A stretch of DNA of 32,000 nucleotides, from contig OZ244960.1 of the NCBI GenBank assembly GCA_965222605.1, positions 5,289,329 through 5,321,328 on the forward strand, read 5' to 3'. This stretch comes from Candidatus Latescibacterota bacterium. Lineage in GTDB: Bacteria; Latescibacterota; UBA2968. This document shows, in pieces, positions 1 through 7,819 of this stretch. The notes below the pieces were generated by a model. It was not told the DNA's origin, did no database searches, and saw only the letters and a list, made by a program, of their open reading frames with translations. Within the stretch, counting starts at the first letter, position 1. Each line of letters starts with the position of its first letter. The translations under genes and the position numbers were made by a program.

Positions 1-1
1 C

Positions 2-241
2 GAAGCAGACCCTAACCTGCTGGAATTGGCAACGCGGGAAAGACGTACGCTGATAACTTATGATAAGGACTTTGGAGACCTTGTGCATCGTGACGGTATG
101 TCCGCCCCTCACGGCGTCATCTTGTTTCGTATTCACAGCGATGTGCCAGATTCAGTGAAAACCGAATTTGTCGCCAGTAGCGTTATGGCTTGGGATAGTT
201 TGCCGTCCGGAATCTGGACGATTCAGATACGGCACCAATGA
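2..241 (+). CDS. PIN-like toxin-domain protein (DUF5615 / Mut7-C-like), 5' end outside window
   Basis: The frame is open from the window edge to TGA at 239-241. The translation EADPNLLELATRERRTLITYDKDFGDLV...HGVILFRI fits the C-terminal pattern I recall for DUF5615 PIN-like proteins (T.DkDFg.l ... GVi.lr). Confidence 0.55.
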   Translation, partial: EADPNLLELATRERRTLITYDKDFGDLVHRDGMSAPHGVILFRIHSDVPDSVKTEFVASSVMAWDSLPSGIWTIQIRHQ

Positions 242-362
242 AGCAGTTCTACTCATCGGATCAAAACAGCCCGTAATTGCACGGCTCGAAGATGCGGATT
301 ATGAAGGACATTCACTCACGATGCTTCAAAGAATCGCGATCGCTATGACTCGGAACTAAACC

Positions 363-402
363 AAAGGGGTGAGCATTGTATTGTAGCAATGCTCGCCCCT
401 TT
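363..402. repeat. Long inverted repeat / stem-loop (16-bp arms, 8-nt loop)
   Basis: aaaggggtgagcattg (363-378) pairs with caatgctcgccccttt (387-402), with one G-U position. No T-tract follows on either strand, so it is not a canonical intrinsic terminator. Confidence 0.6.
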
Positions 403-429
403 ACCACAAAAAGTGAATAGGAGATTTAT

Positions 430-651
430 ATGGCATCTAAAATGACTTTTGTGCTCACACAAATCGACAAAGGCTCACCAGAGGCTCCTTCTGCATGGAA
501 CGTAAAACTTGAAATCGAATCAGGAGATGTTGTTTTTGACGACATAAACATAGAAGGCCGAAATCAGGCCATTGAATTTGTGGATGACATACGAAACGCA
601 AAAGTAGTTGCCCGCGAGTTTCGACATAAAGTAATTCGAGAACCAAGCTAA
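430..651 (+). CDS. Hypothetical small protein (73 aa)
   Basis: ATG follows a taggag RBS-like sequence. The ORF has a clean stop and noticeably lower GC than the rest of the window. I recognise no family. Confidence 0.45.
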   Translation: MASKMTFVLTQIDKGSPEAPSAWNVKLEIESGDVVFDDINIEGRNQAIEFVDDIRNAKVVAREFRHKVIREPS

Positions 652-688
652 TTTAGGTGCGAATATAAACATTTTTGGAGGAAGGTGA

Positions 689-919
689 ATGGAATCCGTT
701 TTTGTTCTTGTTTTTGTTATCCTTTTGCTCATATTTTTTTATTTTATCCCCTCATTTAATGCATACGGGCGGAGGCATAAGTGGAGTTACCTCGTTTTGG
801 TGGCGTGTTTAGGACTTACTCCTACTTCTCGGAGATATTGGCAAAAATTGCGGACCACCTCGAGTACACAACAAAAGCCCGTCGATCATCACCGATTGAC
901 GGGCTTTCTTTTGCAATGA
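689..919 (+). CDS. Small hydrophobic/membrane protein, weak superinfection-immunity-like N-terminal motif
   Basis: A ggaggaagg RBS sits 5 nt upstream of the ATG. The N-terminal TM segment VFVLVFVILLLIFFYFIPSFNAYGRRHK resembles the YF(L/I)PS..A..R.H motif of Imm_superinfect-type proteins. The 3' end of the ORF runs through a terminator hairpin, so the true C-terminus or intactness is uncertain. Confidence 0.35.
   Translation: MESVFVLVFVILLLIFFYFIPSFNAYGRRHKWSYLVLVACLGLTPTSRRYWQKLRTTSSTQQKPVDHHRLTGFLLQ
874..912. terminator. Bidirectional rho-independent terminator
   Basis: A perfect 10-bp stem, aaagcccgtc (874-883) with gacgggcttt (898-907), encloses a 14-nt loop. It is followed by cttttg on + and preceded by the A-rich acaacaaaa, which gives a T-tract on -. 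It lies between the + small ORFs and the 3' end of the minus-strand tRNA-Asn. Confidence 0.6.
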
Positions 920-954
920 AACAGATAGATTAAAATTCAGCGAGAAGATATTCT

Positions 955-1030
955 TGGCTCCGGCGGTAGGACTCGAACCTACGACCCAGTGGTTAACAGC
1001 CACTTGCTCTGCCAGCTGAGCTACGCCGGA
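955..1030 (-). tRNA. tRNA-Asn (anticodon GTT), CCA encoded
   Basis: The reverse complement reads TCCGGCGTAGCTCAGCTGGCAGAGCAAGTGGCTGTTAACCACTGGGTCGTAGGTTCGAGTCCTACCGCCGGAGCCA. It folds as a cloverleaf with a 7-bp acceptor stem, anticodon loop CTGTTAA and T-loop GGTTCGAGTCC. Confidence 0.95.
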
Positions 1031-1054
1031 ACGTAATATTTCCAATAGCGATGA

Positions 1055-1083
1055 AATCTACTGGAAGTGAATATCAGTGTCAA
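1055..1083 (-). promoter_or_regulatory. Sigma-70-like promoter for tRNA-Asn
   Basis: The minus strand reads TTGACA (1083-1078), a 17-nt spacer, then TAGATT (1060-1055). This lies about 25 nt upstream of the mature tRNA 5' end. Confidence 0.4.
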
Positions 1084-1136
1084 GCGCAATTTTTAATCCT
1101 TTGATTTATCAGTGTCTGAATATCAGGGCATTCCTC

Positions 1137-1165
1137 TTGACATCCCTCCGGTGAACATCTATGTT
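1137..1165 (+). promoter_or_regulatory. Sigma-70-like promoter for the rpiB-like gene
   Basis: TTGACA (1137-1142), a 17-nt spacer, then TATGTT (1160-1165). It is divergent from the tRNA-Asn promoter. Confidence 0.35.
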
Positions 1166-1239
1166 TTCAATTCTTAGCGGTTAGCAGTTCGTTCGTCCAA
1201 TCTCCCCAGCCCCCAGTCCCTATCCTCTTGCTATCTATT

Positions 1240-1962
1240 ATGCCAGATGAGAAACTGATACAGCGGATTGTTGCCGAAGTTGTGCGGCGGTTGAAGGCGC
1301 TGGAGGGGGTCGCGGTATCTGAACCGATTGACCCACCAGTGAGTCTGGTGACGGAAGATCTGGTCAAATCTGCAATCAAACGCGGTGGTGATGCGGTTTA
1401 TGTGACGCCCAACGCGATTGTGACGCCGTTGGCACGGGATTTGATACGACGGCAGAAAGTGCGTCTGGTCGTGGCTGATGATGAGGCGGTGATTCAAGAC
1501 CCACAGAAATCGAGTGTATTAGCTATTGGTGCAGATCACAAAGGATTCGAGCTGAAGAAACAGATTGCGCTTATGTTGCAAGATGCCGGGCGGGAAGTGA
1601 TTGATTGTGGCGTACATAGTCCGCAAGAAGTATCTTATGTCGGTGTGGCAAAAACGGTGGCCGACGTTGTTCTGGAAAAAAATTTGATGACGGGTATTGT
1701 GATTGATGGGGGAGGAACGGGAACTGCTCTCGTTGCGAATAAAATAAAGGAGATTCGCGCTGTTTCGTGTCACGATGTGACATCGGCCAAATTTGCCCGG
1801 GCCCATGTGGATGCCAATATTTTGTGTCTCGGTGTGGGTGTGGTGGGGGATACCGTGGCAAAAGAGATTGTTGCGACGTGGTTGAGCACCCCATTTGAAG
1901 GTGGGCAATATGCCGCGCGTGTTCGGGAAATTGGTGAGGTGGAGGGTGGGAATGGGGATTGA
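1240..1962 (+). CDS. rpiB: RpiB/LacA/LacB-family sugar-phosphate isomerase with about 92-aa N-terminal extension
   Basis: The core from residue ~93 (VLAIGADHKGFELK...GIVIDGGGTGTALVANK...AVSCHD...ANILCLG) matches ribose-5-phosphate isomerase B motifs. ATG at 1240 is preferred over the TTG at 1228 used in the ORF track. No clear RBS. Confidence 0.8.
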   Translation: MPDEKLIQRIVAEVVRRLKALEGVAVSEPIDPPVSLVTEDLVKSAIKRGGDAVYVTPNAIVTPLARDLIRRQKVRLVVADDEAVIQDPQKSSVLAIGADHKGFELKKQIALMLQDAGREVIDCGVHSPQEVSYVGVAKTVADVVLEKNLMTGIVIDGGGTGTALVANKIKEIRAVSCHDVTSAKFARAHVDANILCLGVGVVGDTVAKEIVATWLSTPFEGGQYAARVREIGEVEGGNGD

Positions 1963-1992
1963 GCTGAGTGTCCTTCTAATCAGGAGATATCT

Positions 1993-2763
1993 ATGCTTTC
2001 ACAAGAGCAACTCGCGCAATATGACCGAGATGGGTATGTGCTGGTGTCGGGATTAATTCCAGAAGAGACAATTGCCAATGCGGAAGCTGCGATGTGGTCT
2101 GTGCTCGGGATGGTTCGGGATGATCCGGCTTCGTGGTCTCCTTTGCCAGACAAAACAGATGGGGTGACAACAAATGCCAACCAGGGGGTGATTGAACATT
2201 TTGGGGTTCAAGATCCCGCGTTGCTGGCTTGTTGTACGCCCGCGTTTTACGAGGCGCAGAGCCAACTGGTTCGGGAGAATGCAGATGCATTTCACTGTCA
2301 GAAGCCACAGCCTGAGGCAGTGTGGGCACGCAGTGTATTTCCGGTTTCGAAAGGCTGGGATTATCTCAATGGGCACGTCGATGGTGGACATCGACCTTTC
2401 AATGTTTTTCCGGGGTCATTCCGGGTCTCCTCTCTGACTTATCTCGATTCTGGTGTTGCACAAGGTGGTGGGACCGCGGTCTGGCCAGGGTCGCATCGGA
2501 AGTTCAGCGAGATGGCAGTGCAGGATCCTGACCGGTTTCGAATGCTGTCGGATTTTGCGAAACCTCAACAAAGGTTCGGTCTGGGAGAGCCGATTGAGTT
2601 GAGGCCGTCCCGAGGAGAGGTACTGTTTTTTCATTATCTGTTAGTACACTGTGGATCTCTCAATACAAGCAATAAACCGCGTTTTGCCCTCCGCTGGATG
2701 TGTACCTGTGACGCATGTCGCATCTGGGAAAAACACGGCAGGTGGAATATCTGGATGCCCTGA
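1993..2763 (+). CDS. Phytanoyl-CoA dioxygenase (PhyH) family Fe(II)/2-oxoglutarate oxygenase
   Basis: AGGAG RBS. The N-terminus LSQEQLAQYDRDGYVLVSGLI is typical of PhyH. Also present are HVDGG (HxD), WPGSHRKF and a distal His in HCGSLN. Confidence 0.8.
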   Translation: MLSQEQLAQYDRDGYVLVSGLIPEETIANAEAAMWSVLGMVRDDPASWSPLPDKTDGVTTNANQGVIEHFGVQDPALLACCTPAFYEAQSQLVRENADAFHCQKPQPEAVWARSVFPVSKGWDYLNGHVDGGHRPFNVFPGSFRVSSLTYLDSGVAQGGGTAVWPGSHRKFSEMAVQDPDRFRMLSDFAKPQQRFGLGEPIELRPSRGEVLFFHYLLVHCGSLNTSNKPRFALRWMCTCDACRIWEKHGRWNIWMP

Positions 2764-2863
2764 TGTTGATGGTTGACTCTGTGTGGGGAAACCCGTATAT
2801 TTTTTTCTCTATAACCAGTGTTGTTTTCGCGGGGTATCCGTGCTGGATGACGACCTGACAGGC

Positions 2864-3298
2864 ATGAAATTTGCGCTCGAAGAAGCCCGCGTGGCGGCAA
2901 GCGAACATGAAGTGCCTATTGGCGCTGTTGTGATGCACAATGGCGAGGTGATCGCACGAGATCACAATCGCATTGTCCAGCGAAATGATCCCACAGCGCA
3001 TGCCGAAATGCTCGTTATTGGGCAGGCAACAAAAAAGTTGGGCGTTCGGTGGCTAAATAACTGCGTGCTTTACGCAACACTGGAACCCTGTGCGATGTGT
3101 GCAGGTGCTATGGTGCTTGCCCGATTGTCCCGGTTGGTCTTTGGAGCTTGCGATCCCAAAACCGGGGCCTGCGGATCCCTGAGAAATATTGTGGAAGATA
3201 CCCGCCTGAATCATCGCATGGATGTGCGCAGAGGCGTTTTAGAAGATGCGTGTGGTCAGGTGTTGCGGGCGTTTTTTCAAACTTTGCGGGAAAAATAA
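2864..3298 (+). CDS. tadA: tRNA adenosine(34) deaminase
   Basis: CDA zinc motifs HAEM and PCAMCAGA are present, and the MKFALEEA...VPIGAVV architecture is typical of TadA. ATG at 2864 is preferred; GTG 2840 is an alternative. The ORF-track start at 2783 adds non-homologous residues. Confidence 0.9.
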   Translation: MKFALEEARVAASEHEVPIGAVVMHNGEVIARDHNRIVQRNDPTAHAEMLVIGQATKKLGVRWLNNCVLYATLEPCAMCAGAMVLARLSRLVFGACDPKTGACGSLRNIVEDTRLNHRMDVRRGVLEDACGQVLRAFFQTLREK

Positions 3299-3303
3299 AT
3301 ATT

Positions 3304-3393
<90 letters not shown>

Positions 3394-3466
3394 AAAACAA
3401 GAGCGTATCAACAATCAGCGCACAAGTGTGTGAGGAAGCCGATAGCTGACGGCTTACAGCTATATT

Positions 3467-3556
<90 letters not shown>

Positions 3557-3575
3557 AAAATATCACGAGGTTGTT

Positions 3576-3947
3576 ATGCCGCATCCTATTCGCATTACAG
3601 TTGGCGATATTGAACTCGACGCCGAGTTGAACGATTCGCAAACAGCAGGCAAGATTCGTGAGGTTTTACCGCTGGATTGTTCGTTTAATACCTGGGGCGA
3701 TGAGATTTACTTTTCAATTCCCGTTGAAGCAGGCCCCGAAGATGCATGTGAAACGGTGGCGTTAAACGACCTTGGATATTGGCCGCCGGGTCATGCGTTT
3801 TGCATTTTTTACGGTCAGACCCCAGCCAGTCATGGAGATGAAATTCGTCCGGCAAGTCCCGTCAATATTATTGGACGGGTGCTGGGTGATGCTACGGTGC
3901 TCAAGTCCGTTTCGGGAGTACGCAACATCGTGGTTGAAGCCGTTTAG
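3576..3947 (+). CDS. Cyclophilin-like fold protein (TM1367-type, Cyclophil_like family)
   Basis: NTWGDEIYFSIPV...LGYWPPGHAFCIFYGQTP...IRPASPVNIIGRV closely parallels my recollection of Thermotoga TM1367 (NTWGEEIYFSTPV...VGYWPPGKALCLFFGKTP...IQPASAVNVIGKI). ATG at 3576 lies after an acgagg RBS. The ORF-track start at 3465 lies inside the tRNA. Confidence 0.85.
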   Translation: MPHPIRITVGDIELDAELNDSQTAGKIREVLPLDCSFNTWGDEIYFSIPVEAGPEDACETVALNDLGYWPPGHAFCIFYGQTPASHGDEIRPASPVNIIGRVLGDATVLKSVSGVRNIVVEAV

Positions 3948-3948
3948 G

Positions 3949-4025
<77 letters not shown>

Positions 4026-4084
4026 AAAATTGTTAAGAGGTAAGAGGCGAGAGTAAGATCCCTCTCGTATCTCACTGTTTTCAG

Positions 4085-4356
4085 GTCGTGCTAGACGGGG
4101 AGATAGCGGTGCCCTGTAGCCCGCAATCCGCTATAGCGGGGTCGAATTCCACGTCTGAGAGCCGGTATTTTGGATCGCGGTCAATGAGTAAGCAGCGTTG
4201 ATCGTCAGGTCCTGCGCGACGCGCCTATGCTGAACCCCGTCAGGACCGGAAGGTAGCAGCGGTAAGCAAATAGGTGCGTGTGCCGCAGGGGCACCTGGCA
4301 GGAGCCCGCGCTCGTTGAACGCCCTGGGGTAGCGGTTCGAAGCGCGGTGCACGACC
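4085..4356 (+). ncRNA. ffs: Signal recognition particle RNA, large (Bacillus-type, Alu-domain-containing)
   Basis: The 5' GGTCGTGCTAGACGGGGAGATAGCGGTGCCCTGTAGCCCGCAATCCGC is almost collinear with the B. subtilis scRNA 5' Alu domain as I recall it. The domain IV motif CCCGTCAGGACCGGAAGGTAGCAGC is present. The 3' GGTGCACGACC pairs with the 5' end and is followed by TTTTTTT. It sits directly upstream of dnaX, as in Bacillus. Confidence 0.88.
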
Positions 4357-4406
4357 TTTTTTTCAGGCTGGGGGCTGGGGTGGGAATGGCCCCCTTTGGA
4401 GTTTTT

Positions 4407-6137
4407 ATGTCTTACATGGTAATGGCCCGAAAGCGGAGGCCACAGGCATTTGAAACAGTGGTTGCACAAAACCATGTGACCACCACATTGCAAAACGCCA
4501 TTCGGCTGGGGCGCGTGGCGCAGTCGTATCTGTTTTCTGGGCCGCGAGGAACAGGTAAGACCACTACGGCGCGATTGCTTGCCATGGCACTCAATTGCGA
4601 GCAAGGGCCAACGGCTGAACCGTGTAGGGAGTGTGCTTCGTGTGTTGCCATTCGCAAGGGCAACAGCATGGATGTGCTGGAAATTGACGGGGCTTCGAAC
4701 CGCGGGATTGATGAAATCAGACAATTGCGCGAAGAGGTGGGGTATGCGGCCTCGCAAGGCAAGCGCAAGGTTTATATCATTGACGAAGTACACATGCTCA
4801 CTACTGAGGCTTTTAATGCCTTGCTCAAAACACTCGAAGAACCGCCAGCGCATGTTGTTTTTGTATTTGCGACGACCGAGGCTCACAAAGTACCTGAAAC
4901 TATTTTGTCTCGGTGTCAGCGCTACAATTTTCGGCGTATTCCACCCGTGGCAATTGTGGAAGAACTCAAAATGGCTGTGGATGAAGAAGGCGTAATGGCG
5001 GAAGACTCCGCGCTGTTTTTGATCGCTCGAAAAGCCGATGGAGGCATGCGCGATGCACTGAGTTTGTTGGATCAGGTCATTGCATTTTCAGATGCTGGTA
5101 TTACGGAAGATGCCGTACAAAATTTACTGGGTTTGATTCCCCGAGATGTGTATTTTGATCTGACTCAGGCCATTGTGGCGCGGGATGGTGCCCGCGCATT
5201 GGAGATTGTTGATGAACTGGCACGCGAAGGCAGTGATCTGGGTGAATTTGTGGCGGGCCTGATGGCGCATTTTCGACATTTACTCATTGCTTGTGCCGCG
5301 GGAGATTTAACAGATGAAAATTTGCCAGAGGCTGACCGCGCACAGTATGCCGAGGTCGCCGCTCAATTCGAAGAGGCCGATCTCGTGCGCATGCTCAATG
5401 CTGTAGGTGAACTGGAAACGCAGATTAGCCGGGTGACCGAGCCTCGATTCTGGCTCGAATTGACGGTTATGAAGCTGGTGCAGATGACGTCAAGTGTAGA
5501 TTTGCAGGTTTTGATTGGTCGATTAGAACAACTCGAGCGGGGGTTAAAAAGCCAGGGAACGGTATCTGGTCGCGTACCTGCTGGACGGCCATTGCCCAGG
5601 CCCAAACCTGCATCACCGCAGAAAGCGACCTCATCCGGATCAGACACGCGCGCCAGGGTAGATAGTGCCAAAGTATCAACAACCGCTTCCAAAACTTCAC
5701 CACCGCAACAGCAGGGCAATGGTCGTCCCGTGGCAGAACAGCCACAAGAAGAAATACCTCCAATGCCAGATGTATCTTCAGGAGAGCCACCAGATTTTTC
5801 TGTGATAAAAAATAAGTGGGAGCAACTCGTACAGAAAGTGAAGGAGAAGAAGATGTCGTTGGGCACATTTTTGGCCGAAGGCCATCCACAATCAATGGAT
5901 GGGCGACATCTGGTGGTGGCTTTTCAAAAGCACCGCGAATTTCACGCCAGTCATGTGCGGCGCAGCCGCGCTCTGATAGAAGAAGTTGCGTGCGATGTTT
6001 TTGAAGGGACAGTCACCATTTCGTGTGAGGTTATTTACGATGATAATAAAGAGCAAATAGTTGAGGAGAAGAATGCAGAAGAAGATGAGCGCGTGCAGAT
6101 GGTGATGCAGGTTTTTAGTGGAGAAGTGATCCGGTAG
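4407..6137 (+). CDS. dnaX: DNA polymerase III subunit gamma/tau
   Basis: The N-terminus MSYMVMARKRRPQAFETVVAQ is canonical. Also present: Walker A GPRGTGKTT, the Zn module CEQGPTAEPCRECASC, Walker B YIIDEVHML and SRC. GGAG lies 6 nt before ATG 4407. The ORF-track start at 4278 lies inside the SRP RNA. Confidence 0.93.
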   Translation: MSYMVMARKRRPQAFETVVAQNHVTTTLQNAIRLGRVAQSYLFSGPRGTGKTTTARLLAMALNCEQGPTAEPCRECASCVAIRKGNSMDVLEIDGASNRGIDEIRQLREEVGYAASQGKRKVYIIDEVHMLTTEAFNALLKTLEEPPAHVVFVFATTEAHKVPETILSRCQRYNFRRIPPVAIVEELKMAVDEEGVMAEDSALFLIARKADGGMRDALSLLDQVIAFSDAGITEDAVQNLLGLIPRDVYFDLTQAIVARDGARALEIVDELAREGSDLGEFVAGLMAHFRHLLIACAAGDLTDENLPEADRAQYAEVAAQFEEADLVRMLNAVGELETQISRVTEPRFWLELTVMKLVQMTSSVDLQVLIGRLEQLERGLKSQGTVSGRVPAGRPLPRPKPASPQKATSSGSDTRARVDSAKVSTTASKTSPPQQQGNGRPVAEQPQEEIPPMPDVSSGEPPDFSVIKNKWEQLVQKVKEKKMSLGTFLAEGHPQSMDGRHLVVAFQKHREFHASHVRRSRALIEEVACDVFEGTVTISCEVIYDDNKEQIVEEKNAEEDERVQMVMQVFSGEVIR

Positions 6138-6182
6138 GGATGTGCGTCCAATATGCGCAGAACAGAGATAAGGAGCTAAAGT

Positions 6183-6509
6183 ATGGCAAAAGGTATGGGC
6201 GCGATGATGAAGCAGGCTCAAAAATTGCAAGCCAAGCTGGCCAGAGTGCAAGAAGAACTGGGGGCAAAAGAGGTAGAGGCGACTTCTGGTGGGGGTATGG
6301 TGACAGTAAGGGCCAGTGGGCATCAAGATATTTTGTCGATAAAAATTAATCCCGAAGTCGTTGATCCCGAAGATGTGGAAATGCTGGAAGATCTCGTGCT
6401 GGCGGCGGTTCAGCAGGCGCGAAAAAAAGCTGCGGATATGGCCGAGGCAGAAATGCAGAAAGCCACAGCGGGTCTTGTTCCCCCCGGTATGAGTATGCCG
6501 GGTTTTTGA
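6183..6509 (+). CDS. ybaB: YbaB/EbfC family nucleoid-associated protein
   Basis: AAGGAG RBS. MMKQAQKLQAKLARVQEEL...VEATSGGGMVTV is typical of YbaB. It occupies the conserved dnaX-ybaB-recR position. Confidence 0.9.
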   Translation: MAKGMGAMMKQAQKLQAKLARVQEELGAKEVEATSGGGMVTVRASGHQDILSIKINPEVVDPEDVEMLEDLVLAAVQQARKKAADMAEAEMQKATAGLVPPGMSMPGF

Positions 6510-6554
6510 GGTTGGAACCGCGAAGCCTTCGCGCTATAGTTTTTGGAGTTTCCC

Positions 6555-7148
6555 ATGGCATCAGAAGCCATTGAAAAATTGATTGCCGCTTTAAATCGGT
6601 TGCCCGGAATCGGCGCCAAATCAGCACGGCGTCTCGCGCTGGAGATGCTGACATGGGATACGGATGAGGTGCGCGAACTCGCCGATTTGATGGTGGATGT
6701 CAAGACCCGGGTGCGGCGGTGCTCAATTTGTTTTAATTTGACAGAGATTGAACCGTGTTCTGTGTGCAGCGATACGCGTCGAGATCGTTCCAGTGTGATG
6801 GTGATTGATTTTATCGGCGATCTTTTGGCATTTGAGCGCACCGGGCTTTATCGGGGGCTTTATCACGTACTGGACGGGCGAATTTCGCCTCTGGATGGTA
6901 TTGGTCCAGAAGACTTGAATATTCCCCAATTGCTCCACCGCTTGCGCCAGGGGGAAATTCGAGAAGTGATTCTCGCCAACGGTCCAACCGTAGAGGGCGA
7001 TGCCACGGCACAATATCTGTCTCAATGTTTGACTCCGTTTGAAGTATCTGTCACACAAATTGCGCGCGGGTTGCCGGTGGGCAGTGATCTCGCCCTGGCC
7101 GATCAAGTGACATTGTCGCGTGCGCTGGAAGGCCGTCGGGAGTATTAA
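6555..7148 (+). CDS. recR: Recombination protein RecR
   Basis: HhH motif LPGIGAKSARRLA, C4 zinc finger CSICFNLTEIEPCSVC and a Toprim region. ATG 6555 follows GGAG. Confidence 0.92.
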   Translation: MASEAIEKLIAALNRLPGIGAKSARRLALEMLTWDTDEVRELADLMVDVKTRVRRCSICFNLTEIEPCSVCSDTRRDRSSVMVIDFIGDLLAFERTGLYRGLYHVLDGRISPLDGIGPEDLNIPQLLHRLRQGEIREVILANGPTVEGDATAQYLSQCLTPFEVSVTQIARGLPVGSDLALADQVTLSRALEGRREY

Positions 7149-7790
7149 ATGCCCCAGGTAAATACCATAGAGTCGAATCGCATGACAATGCCTGAGCCGC
7201 ATACCCCAAATCGGTTGTGGACAGTGCCCAATATCTTAACGGTGTCGCGTCTGTTGCTTACGCCCGTGTTTTTGCTATTGATTTTTTCTGCCAACTGGTA
7301 TTTCAAAATCCTTGCGCTGCTTGTATTTACGGTAGCCTCGCTGACGGATTTTTACGATGGGCGCATTGCGCGGCGTGACGGTACAGTGACCAACTTTGGT
7401 CGCTTTATGGATCCGCTGGCCGATAAGTTGCTGGTATCTGCGGCGTTGATTGCTTTTGTGCGTTTGGGCATGGTTGAAGCATGGCTTATCGGGGCGATGC
7501 TCGTGCGCGATGTCGTGATCACGGGATTGCGAATTTTTGCGATTCGGCGAGGCAAGCCCGTGGTGACCTCACAACTTGCAAAGTGGAAAACCATGCTGCA
7601 ATTAGTACTTGTTTTTGGCATTTTGATCTTTATTAATGTGCGCGTGGTCGAAGCCGAATTGGCCGCCCAACCAATTGTGCTCGTGGGCGATATTTCTTAT
7701 TGGGTTTTGAATGTCCTGGTGGCTGTCGTGACCCTCGTTGCCGTGGTTTCAGGCGTCCGGTATTTAATTGAAAATCGCAAGACTTTTTAA
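7149..7790 (+). CDS. pgsA: CDP-diacylglycerol--glycerol-3-phosphate 3-phosphatidyltransferase
   Basis: CDP-alcohol phosphatidyltransferase motif DFYDGRIARRDGTVTNFGRFMDPLADK, with multiple TM segments. The start is uncertain (ATG 7149, 7182 or 7188). Confidence 0.85.
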   Translation: MPQVNTIESNRMTMPEPHTPNRLWTVPNILTVSRLLLTPVFLLLIFSANWYFKILALLVFTVASLTDFYDGRIARRDGTVTNFGRFMDPLADKLLVSAALIAFVRLGMVEAWLIGAMLVRDVVITGLRIFAIRRGKPVVTSQLAKWKTMLQLVLVFGILIFINVRVVEAELAAQPIVLVGDISYWVLNVLVAVVTLVAVVSGVRYLIENRKTF

Positions 7791-7819
7791 GGCGAGCGAA
7801 TAGCTGGCCGCTCATTGCT

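Noticed and set aside
809-835. Segment ttaggacttactcctacttctcgg, partly resembling the tRNA-Asn T-arm region (taggactcgaacctac), as a possible attachment-site repeat
   Set aside because: Only about 15 of 24 positions match, in two short blocks. That is too weak to distinguish from chance, and no integrase is in view.
4131-4886. 251-aa minus-strand ORF, and the 4278 start of the 619-aa plus-strand ORF
   Set aside because: Both overlap the SRP RNA (4085-4356) and are antisense to, or upstream of, dnaX. The DnaX homology begins at MSYMVMARKRRPQ (ATG 4407, with GGAG RBS). The extra residues have no similarity and atypical composition.
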